From positions 1-58,172 of the forward strand of contig CBEVQY010000015.1 in NCBI GenBank assembly GCA_965552135.1: DNA of 58,172 bases. The letters run 5' to 3'. Made by a program: the position numbers and the translations under genes. The stretch comes from an uncultured bacterium. GTDB taxonomy: Bacteria; UBP14; UBA6098; B30-G16. The notes beneath the pieces are model-generated. The model saw nothing but the letters and a program-made list of their open reading frames with translations, made no database searches and was not told the origin of the DNA. Position 1 is the stretch's first letter, and each line of letters starts with the position of its first letter. Of this stretch, positions 1 through 9,528 are shown in pieces.

Positions 1-2
1 TT

Positions 3-653
3 TGCTGGAGCTTTACAATGGATCTGAGCTCCCCCTGGGCGGAGCTTGTGGAGCCCGACACAATTGGATTTATATTCAACCTGCAGACCCCGATTATAAT
101 CACGATAGGCGATGAAGCCAGCGGAGTTGACACAGCGGATGTACAACTTGTCGTGAATGGGATCGATGTGACGGACTATACTGCGCTCAGTCCGCAGGAC
201 GGTGTTTATATATTGTTCTTCGATCACACCTCTGCCGGAATAAGCTACGCTCCCGGTGAAACAACCATTGTGGAGCTTTCAGCATGTGATTCCCCGGATT
301 ACTGTCCGCCAAACTGCGCCGACTTTGTCTATCGTTTTGCCTTCGCTCCGCGCGTTGCGTGTCTGGTGCATCCTAATCCGTTTACGCCCAATGGTGACAA
401 CATTAACGATATGACGGTCTTCGATTATCCCGAAATGTTCTCCAAGAGCGCAACGCTTATTATATATAATCTGCGCGGAGATGAGGTTTACCGCAGCACG
501 ATCGGACCTGTTTCCGCGGACAATGAGTTTGCATCCCGAAGTTGGGACGGGAGGGATGCTTCGGGATCGCCGCTGCCGCCCGGCGTATATATTTACGTAA
601 TCGAAGTTGACGGCGAAGTCATCTGCAACGGGACAGTAGTTATAGCACGATAA
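3..653 (+). CDS. Secreted Cys-rich protein, C-terminal part only (5' truncated by window), ending in gliding-motility-associated/T9SS type B CTD (CHU_C/FlgD-Ig-like)
   Basis: Frame is open from position 3. Contains PNPFTPNGDNIND, WDGRDASG..LPPGVYIY and terminal NGTVVIAR. Shares CDSPDxCxPNC with 11208-13589. Confidence 0.85.
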   Translation, partial: CWSFTMDLSSPWAELVEPDTIGFIFNLQTPIIITIGDEASGVDTADVQLVVNGIDVTDYTALSPQDGVYILFFDHTSAGISYAPGETTIVELSACDSPDYCPPNCADFVYRFAFAPRVACLVHPNPFTPNGDNINDMTVFDYPEMFSKSATLIIYNLRGDEVYRSTIGPVSADNEFASRSWDGRDASGSPLPPGVYIYVIEVDGEVICNGTVVIAR

Positions 654-654
654 C

Positions 655-2409
655 ATGTCTTTACCACAGCGACATAGGTGGCTACAATATTATATGTTAT
701 TCATTGGTTTCCTCGCGTTCTTTTCCCTTGTCGTGCGTCCTGGGCTTGCGCTGCCGCTTGGCTGGCAATACGTGTGGCGTGTGGTCGATGTCGTCGTGCT
801 TGCCTCGTTTGTATTTCACGCTTTCTTCAGGCTTATCACAGCCCCAAATAAAGCGGAGTTCTTACGGCAAAATTATTTCGAGTTCGCCGTCATATTCGTC
901 TTTTTGACCCAATTTCTTATAACACTTCTCTTCCTTCGGCAGCCAGACGTCAGACGGACTATCCAGCAGCTCGGAATAGTGTCGCTGACCAAAATCTACA
1001 TTGTAATGGCGCAGCTTTTTATATTTTTAGAGCTTGTCGCCCAACTTGGTCGGATAAACAGCAGAGTGGCTTCTCTCCCTTTGCCTCCCCCACTTATGTT
1101 CCTGGGCAGTTTTGTTGTGGTTATTCTCGCAGGAACGCTGCTTTTGTCCCTGAAGGGGGCTACAAAGACCGGCATTCGCTTCATCGACGCCCTGTTTACG
1201 GCGACGTCCGCAACATGCGTTACTGGTCTTATCGTCGTCCCCACGGGGACATATTTTACTAAATACGGGCATCTTGTTATACTCGCTTTAATCCAGATAG
1301 GCGGGTTAGGGCTTATGACGTTCGCGACCTTTTCGGCGCTTATCCTCAAGGGCGAAATCGGTATAAAAGAAAGAGTTGTTTTAGGCGATATATTAAACCT
1401 CCGCGTGTTCACTAAGATAAAGTCAATGGTCGTAGCTATAATTGGCTTCACGGCGGTTCTCGAGATATTGGGCACCATCGGCATGTTCGTCGCAACGCGG
1501 CAATACCAAAACCTACAGGACGGTCGTATATTGTTTTCCATATTCCACGCTGTAAGCGCGTTCTGCAACGCGGGTTTCTCGCTTTGGGACGAGAACATGC
1601 GCCCGTTCGTCAACAACGCCCTGGGATCAATCGTAACCATGGTTTTGATCGTGCTGGGGGGAGTAGGCTTTGTCGTCCTTGCTGATCTCTGGCAGTATGC
1701 GAAGTCGCCCCTGCGGCGAAAGAGGTTTCCTGTGCCTCACCTGAGTCTGCATTCTAAATTCGTTCTAACGCTTACAGGTGCGCTTATAATATCGGGCGCG
1801 ATTTTATTTTATATACTCGAGCGCGGGGGGCAGCTGGCGAACCTGAGCGAGGGATACAGATGGCTTGCGGCTTTTTTTCACTCCATCACCGCCAGGACGG
1901 CTGGGTTCAACACGTTGCCCACCCCATCTTTCGCACCGCCAACCCTTTTTCTTCTGTGCGTGCTTATGTTCATAGGCGCGTCGCCAGGGTCGACGGGGGG
2001 TGGGATAAAGACGACGACCTTCGGCTCGCTCGTTGCGCTTGTCGTCTCGAGGCTTCGCGGGCGGGAGAGGATCACCCTCTTCGGCAGAACGCTGCCCACA
2101 AGGGTGGCTCATCAGGCTGCGATGGTTTTCTTCCTGGGGGTTGCGGTCGTCGCAGCGGGAACGCTTATCCTGCTTGTCCTCGAGCCCGATAAATCCTTTA
2201 TGCAGCTGCTTTTCGAGGAGATCTCGGCGTTCGCAACGGTGGGGCTGTCGACCGGAATAACGCCAGCCCTATCCGACGGAGGAAAGCTCGTTTTAATCGT
2301 GACGATGCTTTTGGGGAGAATAGGTCCTCTCACGTTCCTCACCGCAATAATGTTGCGCAGACGGGCGGCGAGGATAAAATATCCTGAAGAGGAGATAATG
2401 ATAGGATAG
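655..2409 (+). CDS. ktrB: Trk/Ktr potassium uptake permease (TrkH/KtrB family) with N-terminal multi-TM extension
   Basis: Pore-loop motifs ATSATCVTGL, AVSAFCNAGF, ITARTAGF, ISAFATVGL; GASPGSTGGGIKTTT; C-terminal YPEEEIMIG. Confidence 0.93.
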   Translation: MSLPQRHRWLQYYMLFIGFLAFFSLVVRPGLALPLGWQYVWRVVDVVVLASFVFHAFFRLITAPNKAEFLRQNYFEFAVIFVFLTQFLITLLFLRQPDVRRTIQQLGIVSLTKIYIVMAQLFIFLELVAQLGRINSRVASLPLPPPLMFLGSFVVVILAGTLLLSLKGATKTGIRFIDALFTATSATCVTGLIVVPTGTYFTKYGHLVILALIQIGGLGLMTFATFSALILKGEIGIKERVVLGDILNLRVFTKIKSMVVAIIGFTAVLEILGTIGMFVATRQYQNLQDGRILFSIFHAVSAFCNAGFSLWDENMRPFVNNALGSIVTMVLIVLGGVGFVVLADLWQYAKSPLRRKRFPVPHLSLHSKFVLTLTGALIISGAILFYILERGGQLANLSEGYRWLAAFFHSITARTAGFNTLPTPSFAPPTLFLLCVLMFIGASPGSTGGGIKTTTFGSLVALVVSRLRGRERITLFGRTLPTRVAHQAAMVFFLGVAVVAAGTLILLVLEPDKSFMQLLFEEISAFATVGLSTGITPALSDGGKLVLIVTMLLGRIGPLTFLTAIMLRRRAARIKYPEEEIMIG

Positions 2410-2414
2410 GAGCG

Positions 2415-3077
2415 ATGAGGTATCTTCTTTTGGGCTTGGGTTTGTTCGGCAGGAGCGCTGCGCGTCGTCTTGTGGAGCTTGGCGCGGAGGTCATCGCCGT
2501 CGACCACTCCGAGGAGGCGGTGGCGCAGGTCCAGGACATGGTCACAAGGGCGCTTGTGGCGGAGTCGACCGACAAGGATACGCTTAAGGCGATAATCGAC
2601 GAGTTCCATCCAGACGGCGTCGTCATCTGCTTCGGGGAAAGCTTCGACGCAACGATGACGACAGTTGTCTACCTGAAGGAGTTTGGCGTCGACTACATCG
2701 TTGCCCGGGCGTCAAGCATCATGCAGGGCGAGATACTCCGCAGGCTTGGCGTGAAGAACATCGTTCTCCCCGAGGCGGTCATGGGGCAACGCGTCGCCGA
2801 CAGCATAGTCCTCGGCGAAAGCGAGGGGATAACCCTCGACGCCGAAAACTCCATCGTGAGGGTCAGGCTGCCCAAGTCGGCTTTCGGCAAAAGGCTCAGC
2901 GAGCTTGAGCCACAAAAGCACGGAATAACGCCTCTCTTCGTCCACAGAGAGTACCTTGCGCACAAGGTGTCCAAGCTTATACCTCCCGACGAGGACCCCG
3001 AGCTTGAGGAGGGCGACAACCTCGTCGTCCTTGGCTCGCCGCGGCGGATCGCAAAGTTCGTCGCGAAGCTGCTGTGA
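2415..3077 (+). CDS. ktrA: TrkA/KtrA RCK nucleotide-binding regulatory subunit
   Basis: N-terminal GLGLFG Rossmann motif, IVARA and LPE motifs, RCK-C-like tail. Lies directly after ktrB with an AGGAG RBS. Confidence 0.9.
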   Translation: MRYLLLGLGLFGRSAARRLVELGAEVIAVDHSEEAVAQVQDMVTRALVAESTDKDTLKAIIDEFHPDGVVICFGESFDATMTTVVYLKEFGVDYIVARASSIMQGEILRRLGVKNIVLPEAVMGQRVADSIVLGESEGITLDAENSIVRVRLPKSAFGKRLSELEPQKHGITPLFVHREYLAHKVSKLIPPDEDPELEEGDNLVVLGSPRRIAKFVAKLL

Positions 3078-3097
3078 GGAGGGTGCGCTCCGGCGGG

Positions 3098-4435
3098 CTA
3101 CGAGCTTTCTCCGCGTTCCCTCCGCTTCGCAAGCTTCTCGCGGATCCTCTCGAGGCGCGCCTTTATCTTCGCCTCAAAGCCCAGCTCCGTCGGGAAGTAA
3201 TACCTGTGGTCCTTGATCTTGTCCGGCAGGTGCTGCTGGTCGACGATGTGGTCGTCGAAGTCGTGGGCGTATTTGTAGCCCTTCCCGTAGCCGAGCTTTC
3301 TCATCAGGCTCGTTGGGGCGTTCCGCAGATGCAGGGGCACGGGCAGGGAGCCGTGTTTGCGCACGTCGTCCAGGGCTTTGTCGAGGGCAACGTAAAGCGA
3401 ATTGCTCTTCGGGGCGTACGCGAGGTACACTGCGGCTTGGGCGAGCGCAAGGTCACCTTCGGGCGAACCGACGAAGTCGTACGCCTGCTGCGCCGCAACG
3501 GCGACCAGAAGGGCGTTCGGATCAGCAAGACCAACGTCCTCTATCGCCATCCTTATCAGCCTGCGGGCGATGTAGCGTCTGTCCTCTCCGCCCTCAAGCA
3601 TCCGAGCAAGCCAGTAGAGCGCGCCGTCGGGGTCGCTGTCCCGAACCGACTTGTGCAGCGCCGAAATAAGATTATAGTGCTCCTCGCCCGACTTGTCGTA
3701 TACCACCCGCTCCTTCTGCAGAACGTTCCTGACGGTGGCAACCTCTATCACGCCGTCTCCGGCGACCTTCGATGATAGCTCGAGGAGGTTCAACGCGAAG
3801 CGGGCGTCGCCGGAGCTTGTGTAGCAGATGTAATCCAGCGCGTCGTCGGTTATGGAGTCCTCGGGTCGACCAAGACCGCGCTCGACGTCGGTAAGCGCCC
3901 TCAGGAGAATCTGCCTTATGTGCTCGGGCTCAAGGGGTTTTAGGACAAAGACCTGCACCCGGGAAAGCAGGGGCGATATGACCTCGAAGGATGGGTTTTC
4001 GGTGGTCGCACCTATGAGAACTATCGTTCCACGCTCAACGAAGGGCAGGAAGGCATCCTGTTGGGCTTTGTTGAAGCGGTGGATTTCGTCAACAAAGAGG
4101 ATCGAGCGCCTGCCGTAGAGATACAGGTTCCGCTCGGCAGCCGAGATCACCTGCTTGATCTCCTTGATCCCCGAAAGGACAGCCGAGTATGAGAGGAAAT
4201 CCATCTTCGTCATCCTCGCGATGACCCTTGCGATTGTGGTTTTTCCGCTGCCCGGCGGTCCCCAGAGGATCATGGATGGGATTTCGTCGCGTTCTATCAT
4301 CACCCGCAGCGGCTTGCCCTTGCCCAGCAGGTGGTCCTGCCCCAGGATCTCGTCCAGCGTGCGCGGGCGCATCCTGTCGGCAAGAACGAACGATATCTCC
4401 TCTGACCTGTGCTCCTGTTCGCTGAAGAGGTCCAT
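3098..4435 (-). CDS. rarA: Replication-associated recombination protein A (RarA/MgsA AAA+ ATPase)
   Basis: LADRMRPRTL, Walker A GPPGSGKTT, FVDEIHRFNKAQQD, GATTENPSF, ISALHKSVR, YKYAHD. Start taken as ATG 4435 (MDLF), not the longer ORF start. Confidence 0.95.
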   Translation of the reverse strand: MDLFSEQEHRSEEISFVLADRMRPRTLDEILGQDHLLGKGKPLRVMIERDEIPSMILWGPPGSGKTTIARVIARMTKMDFLSYSAVLSGIKEIKQVISAAERNLYLYGRRSILFVDEIHRFNKAQQDAFLPFVERGTIVLIGATTENPSFEVISPLLSRVQVFVLKPLEPEHIRQILLRALTDVERGLGRPEDSITDDALDYICYTSSGDARFALNLLELSSKVAGDGVIEVATVRNVLQKERVVYDKSGEEHYNLISALHKSVRDSDPDGALYWLARMLEGGEDRRYIARRLIRMAIEDVGLADPNALLVAVAAQQAYDFVGSPEGDLALAQAAVYLAYAPKSNSLYVALDKALDDVRKHGSLPVPLHLRNAPTSLMRKLGYGKGYKYAHDFDDHIVDQQHLPDKIKDHRYYFPTELGFEAKIKARLERIREKLAKRRERGESS

Positions 4436-4460
4436 AGCCAAAGCCCTTTTAGCTTTATCA

Positions 4461-4489
4461 AGTATAGCGTTTATCTGTGAAGTTCGCAA
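4461..4489 (-). promoter_or_regulatory. Putative sigma70 promoter of rarA
   Basis: TTGCGA-N17-TATACT on the minus strand, 25 nt before the ATG. Confidence 0.55.
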
Positions 4490-4504
4490 CCTCTGAAATC
4501 TCCG

Positions 4505-4533
4505 TTGACACGCGCAGGCGCATAGATTACGAT
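4505..4533 (+). promoter_or_regulatory. Putative sigma70 promoter of the 887-aa secreted protein/comEC unit
   Basis: TTGACA-N17-TACGAT, followed by an AGGAGGTG RBS before TTG 4570. Confidence 0.65.
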
Positions 4534-4569
4534 TTTGGCTAAAGGAAGCCTTTACGAAGGAGGTGAGCC

Positions 4570-7233
4570 TTGAGGCGAAGCGTGCTTGTGGTGCTCCTTG
4601 TTTGCGGCGCCGTCTTTGGCGCTGAGATGACATTTCTCGGTATCTCTGGCATGCCGCTTGACGTTCCCGCCGGAGCGTATGTGTTCTTGGGCGTCTACGC
4701 CAACGGACCCATACCCGACTACAGCTACACAGGTACCGCAAGACTCCACCTGATCGAGGAAAACCCCAACGGCTCGGCTTTCTTCTTCGATCCGATAACC
4801 ACAGAGACCGACACGGTCTGGGACATTACGGTGTCCTCGAGCGACGACATAAACATTCTCCTCTGCGACAGCGAGCCGGAGTTTATCGCCGTTTACGCCG
4901 AGGACGTTGCCGGCGTTCTCAAGCCGTCTTTGCCTGTGGGCATAACGGTTCTCCCCTCCGGCGACGAGCCCATAAGGATGGGGCATCTTGGTCCAACGAG
5001 TCTGCCCCTGGGCGGTGAGGACCTTTTCGTACCCCTTCGGCTTGGCGCCGTCGACTCGGCAGGAAGGATCGTGCCGTCGTACTACTCCGACATCATCGTG
5101 TTCGACGCCATCTCCGTTCGCATCCTGCCGGAGAGTGACCCTGATGGCTCGGCAAGCTTTGTGTCCCTCTTCGACGAGACCGAAACCGACTCGGCGGCTG
5201 TGGCAGCCGTCGGCGGAATGGGCTATATATTCCTTCGGAGCAGCTCCGCCCTCCCCGAGACCGTGACCCTTGTGATCTCGGACCTCGTGGGCTCGTTGCC
5301 TGCAGAAACGCTCGACGTAGCCTTTGTAGACTACGAGCCCTTCCTTATAGCGGGTCCTCCCGAGGGGATCGCACAGACGGTTGGGTTTCCGCAGGGGATC
5401 ATAGCCTTCGGCGTAGGCGCCGGTGAGCCCGAGTTTCACGGTGACACAAGCGTTGTCGGTCTGCTTGTGAAGGACATGTTTGGTGCGCCCTCTGCGACGG
5501 CGGTTCCAGAGAGCGCATCCCTCTCGGCGGGGGTGGCTATCTTCTCCCTCATCGACGATGAGCCCGATACCTTCGCCGTCTTCGTGCGACCCTATGTGAT
5601 CCACGGGACGGACCTTTACGCGCCCTTCTGGGCGACGGCGATCTTCCTGCCCCCGGGGAGGGCATCGGCGCTTGTGTATCGCGGACCAAGCGTTCTTGCC
5701 GTTGGCGACACGGTCGAGGTGCAGGTGTGCGCCGTCGATGCGTACGGCACCCACGACCCGTCATACGAGGGCTACATCGACGTTGGCGACCTCTACTTCT
5801 CCGGCGCCGTTGACGTGCTGAGCCGCGAAGATGCATCGCCCCTCGAGTCCCAGTTCATCCCGCTCGAGGGTGGGCTGAGCACATTCCTCCTCACCGGGCT
5901 TGCGCCCGGCGAGGTCGCGTTCCAGATAGCCGACGCCGAGGAGAGAGGGCTTTTCGAAAACGGTCTCCTCTCCCCCGCGCCCGAGGTTGAGATGAGCGTC
6001 ATCCCCGTTTCGGCGTCTGCGGCGGGGATGTATCGCCTCTTCCCGCCGAACAGCTTCCTGGTCTTCGAGGTCGGCAGGAGCTACAGGTTCGACATCGCCG
6101 CTGTGGACGATGCCGGTGCGGTCGACAAGACGTACTCCGGCAACGTTGCGGTTGAGGTCAGCGGGTCTGCGGTGCTCGAGCCGCCGGACGGCATCGTGCC
6201 GATGGTCGACGGTTTCGGCAGCTTCGAGATCCGCGACGACGTCGCCGAAGACGTCACACTGTATCTTGCCGGCGAGCTTTCGTCGCCCGACACCTTTGTG
6301 CTTCATTTCATCGAGGCTGGCGCGGGCGGCGTGGCTGTCGTCGTCGAGGACCTGGCGGAGGGAATGATAGCGGGGCAAGAGCGCGAGCTTGTGGTTGTTG
6401 TCTTTTCGCCGAGCGGGTTCGCCTCGATGTACTCTGGCGTCGCCGCCGTGAGCGTGTTCGACCCCGATGGCGACGGCTCCGTCACCTGTCCCGACTCCGT
6501 CGTATTCTCCGGTGGCGTCGCGTCGCTGCCCTTCCGAAACGCCGATGCCGAAACCGTCGCAATCGTGGTGAGTGCCGAGGGACTGGTCCCCGTCGAAAGC
6601 AGGATCGCAACCTACGCCGTCCTTTCGGCTGAGCTGCCGGGAACCCTTTCGACCGGGGTTGAGAACGTGATCCTTCTTCGCGCCACCGACGTCGACGGGG
6701 AGGTCCTTGCCGACGTCGACGCCGAGATCGTGCCGTCCGTCGTTGAGCTCGGGGCAGAAGACGGCTCTGTGACGATCCCCAGCACCGTCCCCATGGTCGC
6801 GGGGACCGCATCATTTGTGATAAGCGACGACGAGAACGAGGAGGTCGAGCTCTACCTCGCCTCGACCGACTTCGAGCTCTTCACCGTGCCCGATGCGCCT
6901 TACGACGACGAGCGCGGCTGGTACATCGGCACGGTTTACTTCTCGTCCGAAGGCGTGGTCGACAAGGTGCGCCCGGCATTCAGGCTTGGACGCCTTTTCC
7001 CGAATCCTCTCAACTCGTCGTTCTCGGTGGCTGTTGAGCTTCCCGCGCCCGGCGCGCTGGAGCTTTCGGTCGTCGATATCTCCGGGCACCTGCTCCGAAG
7101 CGAGGTCAGGGAACTTCCTGCGGGGTCGAACACAGTTCGCCTGGATGCCGGTTCTCTCCCGACGGGCGTGTACGTTCTGCGCCTCTCCTTCGGCGGGCGC
7201 GTTGTTGCGCGGAAGTTCGCCGTCGTGAAGTAG
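4570..7233 (+). CDS. Acidic secreted multi-Ig-like-repeat protein with T9SS type A sorting domain
   Basis: Signal peptide MRRSVLVVLLVCGAVFG. Recurrent AVDxxG..Y.G and D.E.E.V motifs. C-terminal FPNPLN...VVDISGHLL...LPTGVYVLRL...RKFAVVK. Confidence 0.85.
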   Translation: MRRSVLVVLLVCGAVFGAEMTFLGISGMPLDVPAGAYVFLGVYANGPIPDYSYTGTARLHLIEENPNGSAFFFDPITTETDTVWDITVSSSDDINILLCDSEPEFIAVYAEDVAGVLKPSLPVGITVLPSGDEPIRMGHLGPTSLPLGGEDLFVPLRLGAVDSAGRIVPSYYSDIIVFDAISVRILPESDPDGSASFVSLFDETETDSAAVAAVGGMGYIFLRSSSALPETVTLVISDLVGSLPAETLDVAFVDYEPFLIAGPPEGIAQTVGFPQGIIAFGVGAGEPEFHGDTSVVGLLVKDMFGAPSATAVPESASLSAGVAIFSLIDDEPDTFAVFVRPYVIHGTDLYAPFWATAIFLPPGRASALVYRGPSVLAVGDTVEVQVCAVDAYGTHDPSYEGYIDVGDLYFSGAVDVLSREDASPLESQFIPLEGGLSTFLLTGLAPGEVAFQIADAEERGLFENGLLSPAPEVEMSVIPVSASAAGMYRLFPPNSFLVFEVGRSYRFDIAAVDDAGAVDKTYSGNVAVEVSGSAVLEPPDGIVPMVDGFGSFEIRDDVAEDVTLYLAGELSSPDTFVLHFIEAGAGGVAVVVEDLAEGMIAGQERELVVVVFSPSGFASMYSGVAAVSVFDPDGDGSVTCPDSVVFSGGVASLPFRNADAETVAIVVSAEGLVPVESRIATYAVLSAELPGTLSTGVENVILLRATDVDGEVLADVDAEIVPSVVELGAEDGSVTIPSTVPMVAGTASFVISDDENEEVELYLASTDFELFTVPDAPYDDERGWYIGTVYFSSEGVVDKVRPAFRLGRLFPNPLNSSFSVAVELPAPGALELSVVDISGHLLRSEVRELPAGSNTVRLDAGSLPTGVYVLRLSFGGRVVARKFAVVK

Positions 7234-7243
7234 CTTTCGACCG

Positions 7244-9460
7244 ATGCGCTCTGGCAGCCTCAGCGAGCGTGCTCCTGCGCGCGTCGTTGCGCCTGCGCTT
7301 CTGGCGGCGTCCGCCTTCGCAGCGGGAATCGCCCTCTGTAGCGCCGAGAAGCCGAGTGTGGAGCTCGTCCCCTTCTTCGCCCTTGCCGCGGCTTTTTCGG
7401 CGGTGCTGGGATTCGGCGCGAGGGGCGCGTGGCGCGGCGTTGCGTTCATTGCGGCGTTCTTCGCTGCGGGCGCCGCACGATACGCCGCGTTCACCGCAAA
7501 GACCAAAGACCACTGGACCAACCTCCAGAACATCCTCGCCGTCCGCGGAATCGTCTGCGACTACCCATACTTCAGCGGGACGACTTGGTCGGCGACGCTC
7601 AGGATCACCGCCGCGGACACGGGCGACGGCTTCAAACGCTGCAGCGGGAAAATCAAGCTCTACATAAAAGACCCCGAGGTTCCCTTAAGCTACGGTCAGC
7701 TTTGGGAGCTTGTAGGTCGTCCGCGCAAGCTTGCCGAGACGCCGAATTTCTTCGCCATAAGGTACGCCGCTCTGCTCAGGAGCAACGGGATAGACGGCGT
7801 TTTCCACGCGCGGCGACGCGATGCTCGCCTCCTCGACGACGACCGCGGGAGCCCGATCCTGCGGAGCATAGTTGCGCCCGTGCGCCGTCACATAACCTCC
7901 ACTGTTCGCGAGGCGCTGCCGGGGACAAAGGGCGCACTCCTTGAGGGGATGTTGCTCGGCGGAGGACGCAGACTCCCGCAAGAGGTGCGAAAGATGTTCT
8001 CCGACACTGGGAACATCCACATCCTCGCGGTCTCGGGGCTGCACATAGGCATCGTTGCGCTTGTGTTCTGGTGGCTCTTGCGGAGGATTTTGCGGCTCGG
8101 TCATGTGACGACGGCGGTGGCTGTGCTTGTTGTGCTTTTGCTTTACGCCGCCGTCGTCCAGTTTCGTCCTGCGGCGCTCAGGGCGACGATCATGGCGGCG
8201 TTCGTTATGCTTGCGCCCCTTGTGGGGAGACGCGGCAACTCCATCAACGCCCTCGGTGCTGCGGCGCTTGCGCTCCTTGCCATCAAACCCACTGATCTTT
8301 TCAACCCGGGCTTCGAGCTATCGTTCGCTGCTACGGGGGGCATCCTCTACTTCCTGCCGCGGATCGCCGCGCTTGTGAGGGAAGACCTCCTGCTCAGACG
8401 GGATATCGCGGCGAAGGCGCTGGGGCTTTTCCTGGTCACGATAACGGTGCAGCTCGGCGTCGCACCGATATCCGCGCTCCACTTTCACAAGTTCCAGCTT
8501 ATAGCGCCCATCACGAACGTTTTGGTTGTGCCTGCAGTCACGCCGGCGATATCGCTGGGTTTCGCCGGAGTTGCCGCAGCCGCCGTATGGCAGCCCCTCG
8601 GAAGGGCTATCCTTGCCCTGGACGGGTTCGTTTTGGACTACATACTTTTCGTCGTCAGGCTATTCAGCTCGCTTCCGTTTGCCTTCGTGCCCCTTGCGCA
8701 TCCGAGCGCTGCGGCGGTTCTCGGGTACTACGCGCTCGTCATCGGTGCTGCAGAAGCACCGTGGCGCAGGTGGGGAAGATTTACGGCTCTCTTCGGGCTG
8801 GCGGCGCTCGCCGCTGCCATCCTGCCGAAGATAGCATCCGGTCGACCGGAAGCCGAGGTCGTGTTCTTTAAGCTCAACGGAACGGCGGTTTACGCGCGAA
8901 CCCGAGGAGCCGACGTCCTCTTCCTCGACTGCGAGCCCAGAGACGTCGAGGTTGCGATCGTTCCCTTCCTCTACGCCGTTGGGCGTCGGCGCGTGGACGT
9001 GCTCTGTCTGCCGCTTACGCGAAACACCCTCTCCACTGCGGCTTCGCTGGCGCGCCTGGTCGAGCACGAAAGCGCACTGGTGCCGCCACAGTTCCCGGAC
9101 TCGGCAAGACCGGAGGCTGCGGTGAACTGCTCCCTCTCCTGCGCCGATATTGGGGCGAGGTTCGTTTCGGCAAAGAACTGCGGGCTTTCGCTCGGCGGCG
9201 TGTCGCTCCTTTTGGCTCTCGCTCCCCCAAAGGGCGTGCCGGAGGATGCCTGGATTATGCTCGACTTTCCCGCGGAGCTTTCCGACGACACGACATTCGT
9301 TGCCCGCGCGAGGGCGGTTGTGCTGGGCAGCAGGGCGCTGGGCTGGCGGAAGATCTGCAAGGAGGCGGGCGTGAAGACGCTCGACGCAAGCCGCAAAGCC
9401 CTGTGGCTCAGGTTCCGCAAAGGCAGCGTAGATGTAACGACGTGCGGCGCAGCCCAGTAG
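7244..9460 (+). CDS. comEC: ComEC/Rec2 competence DNA-uptake channel with degenerate C-terminal metallo-beta-lactamase-like domain
   Basis: HILAVSGLHIG, PAALRATIM, GFELSFAAT, APITN motifs; OB-fold-like region after the N-terminal TMs. Confidence 0.9.
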   Translation: MRSGSLSERAPARVVAPALLAASAFAAGIALCSAEKPSVELVPFFALAAAFSAVLGFGARGAWRGVAFIAAFFAAGAARYAAFTAKTKDHWTNLQNILAVRGIVCDYPYFSGTTWSATLRITAADTGDGFKRCSGKIKLYIKDPEVPLSYGQLWELVGRPRKLAETPNFFAIRYAALLRSNGIDGVFHARRRDARLLDDDRGSPILRSIVAPVRRHITSTVREALPGTKGALLEGMLLGGGRRLPQEVRKMFSDTGNIHILAVSGLHIGIVALVFWWLLRRILRLGHVTTAVAVLVVLLLYAAVVQFRPAALRATIMAAFVMLAPLVGRRGNSINALGAAALALLAIKPTDLFNPGFELSFAATGGILYFLPRIAALVREDLLLRRDIAAKALGLFLVTITVQLGVAPISALHFHKFQLIAPITNVLVVPAVTPAISLGFAGVAAAAVWQPLGRAILALDGFVLDYILFVVRLFSSLPFAFVPLAHPSAAAVLGYYALVIGAAEAPWRRWGRFTALFGLAALAAAILPKIASGRPEAEVVFFKLNGTAVYARTRGADVLFLDCEPRDVEVAIVPFLYAVGRRRVDVLCLPLTRNTLSTAASLARLVEHESALVPPQFPDSARPEAAVNCSLSCADIGARFVSAKNCGLSLGGVSLLLALAPPKGVPEDAWIMLDFPAELSDDTTFVARARAVVLGSRALGWRKICKEAGVKTLDASRKALWLRFRKGSVDVTTCGAAQ

Positions 9461-9528
9461 CCTCAAAATCCTCTTGAAACCCGCAGGAATGACCTTATCC
9501 TTCGAAAAAACCACGGTGGAGGCGACAG

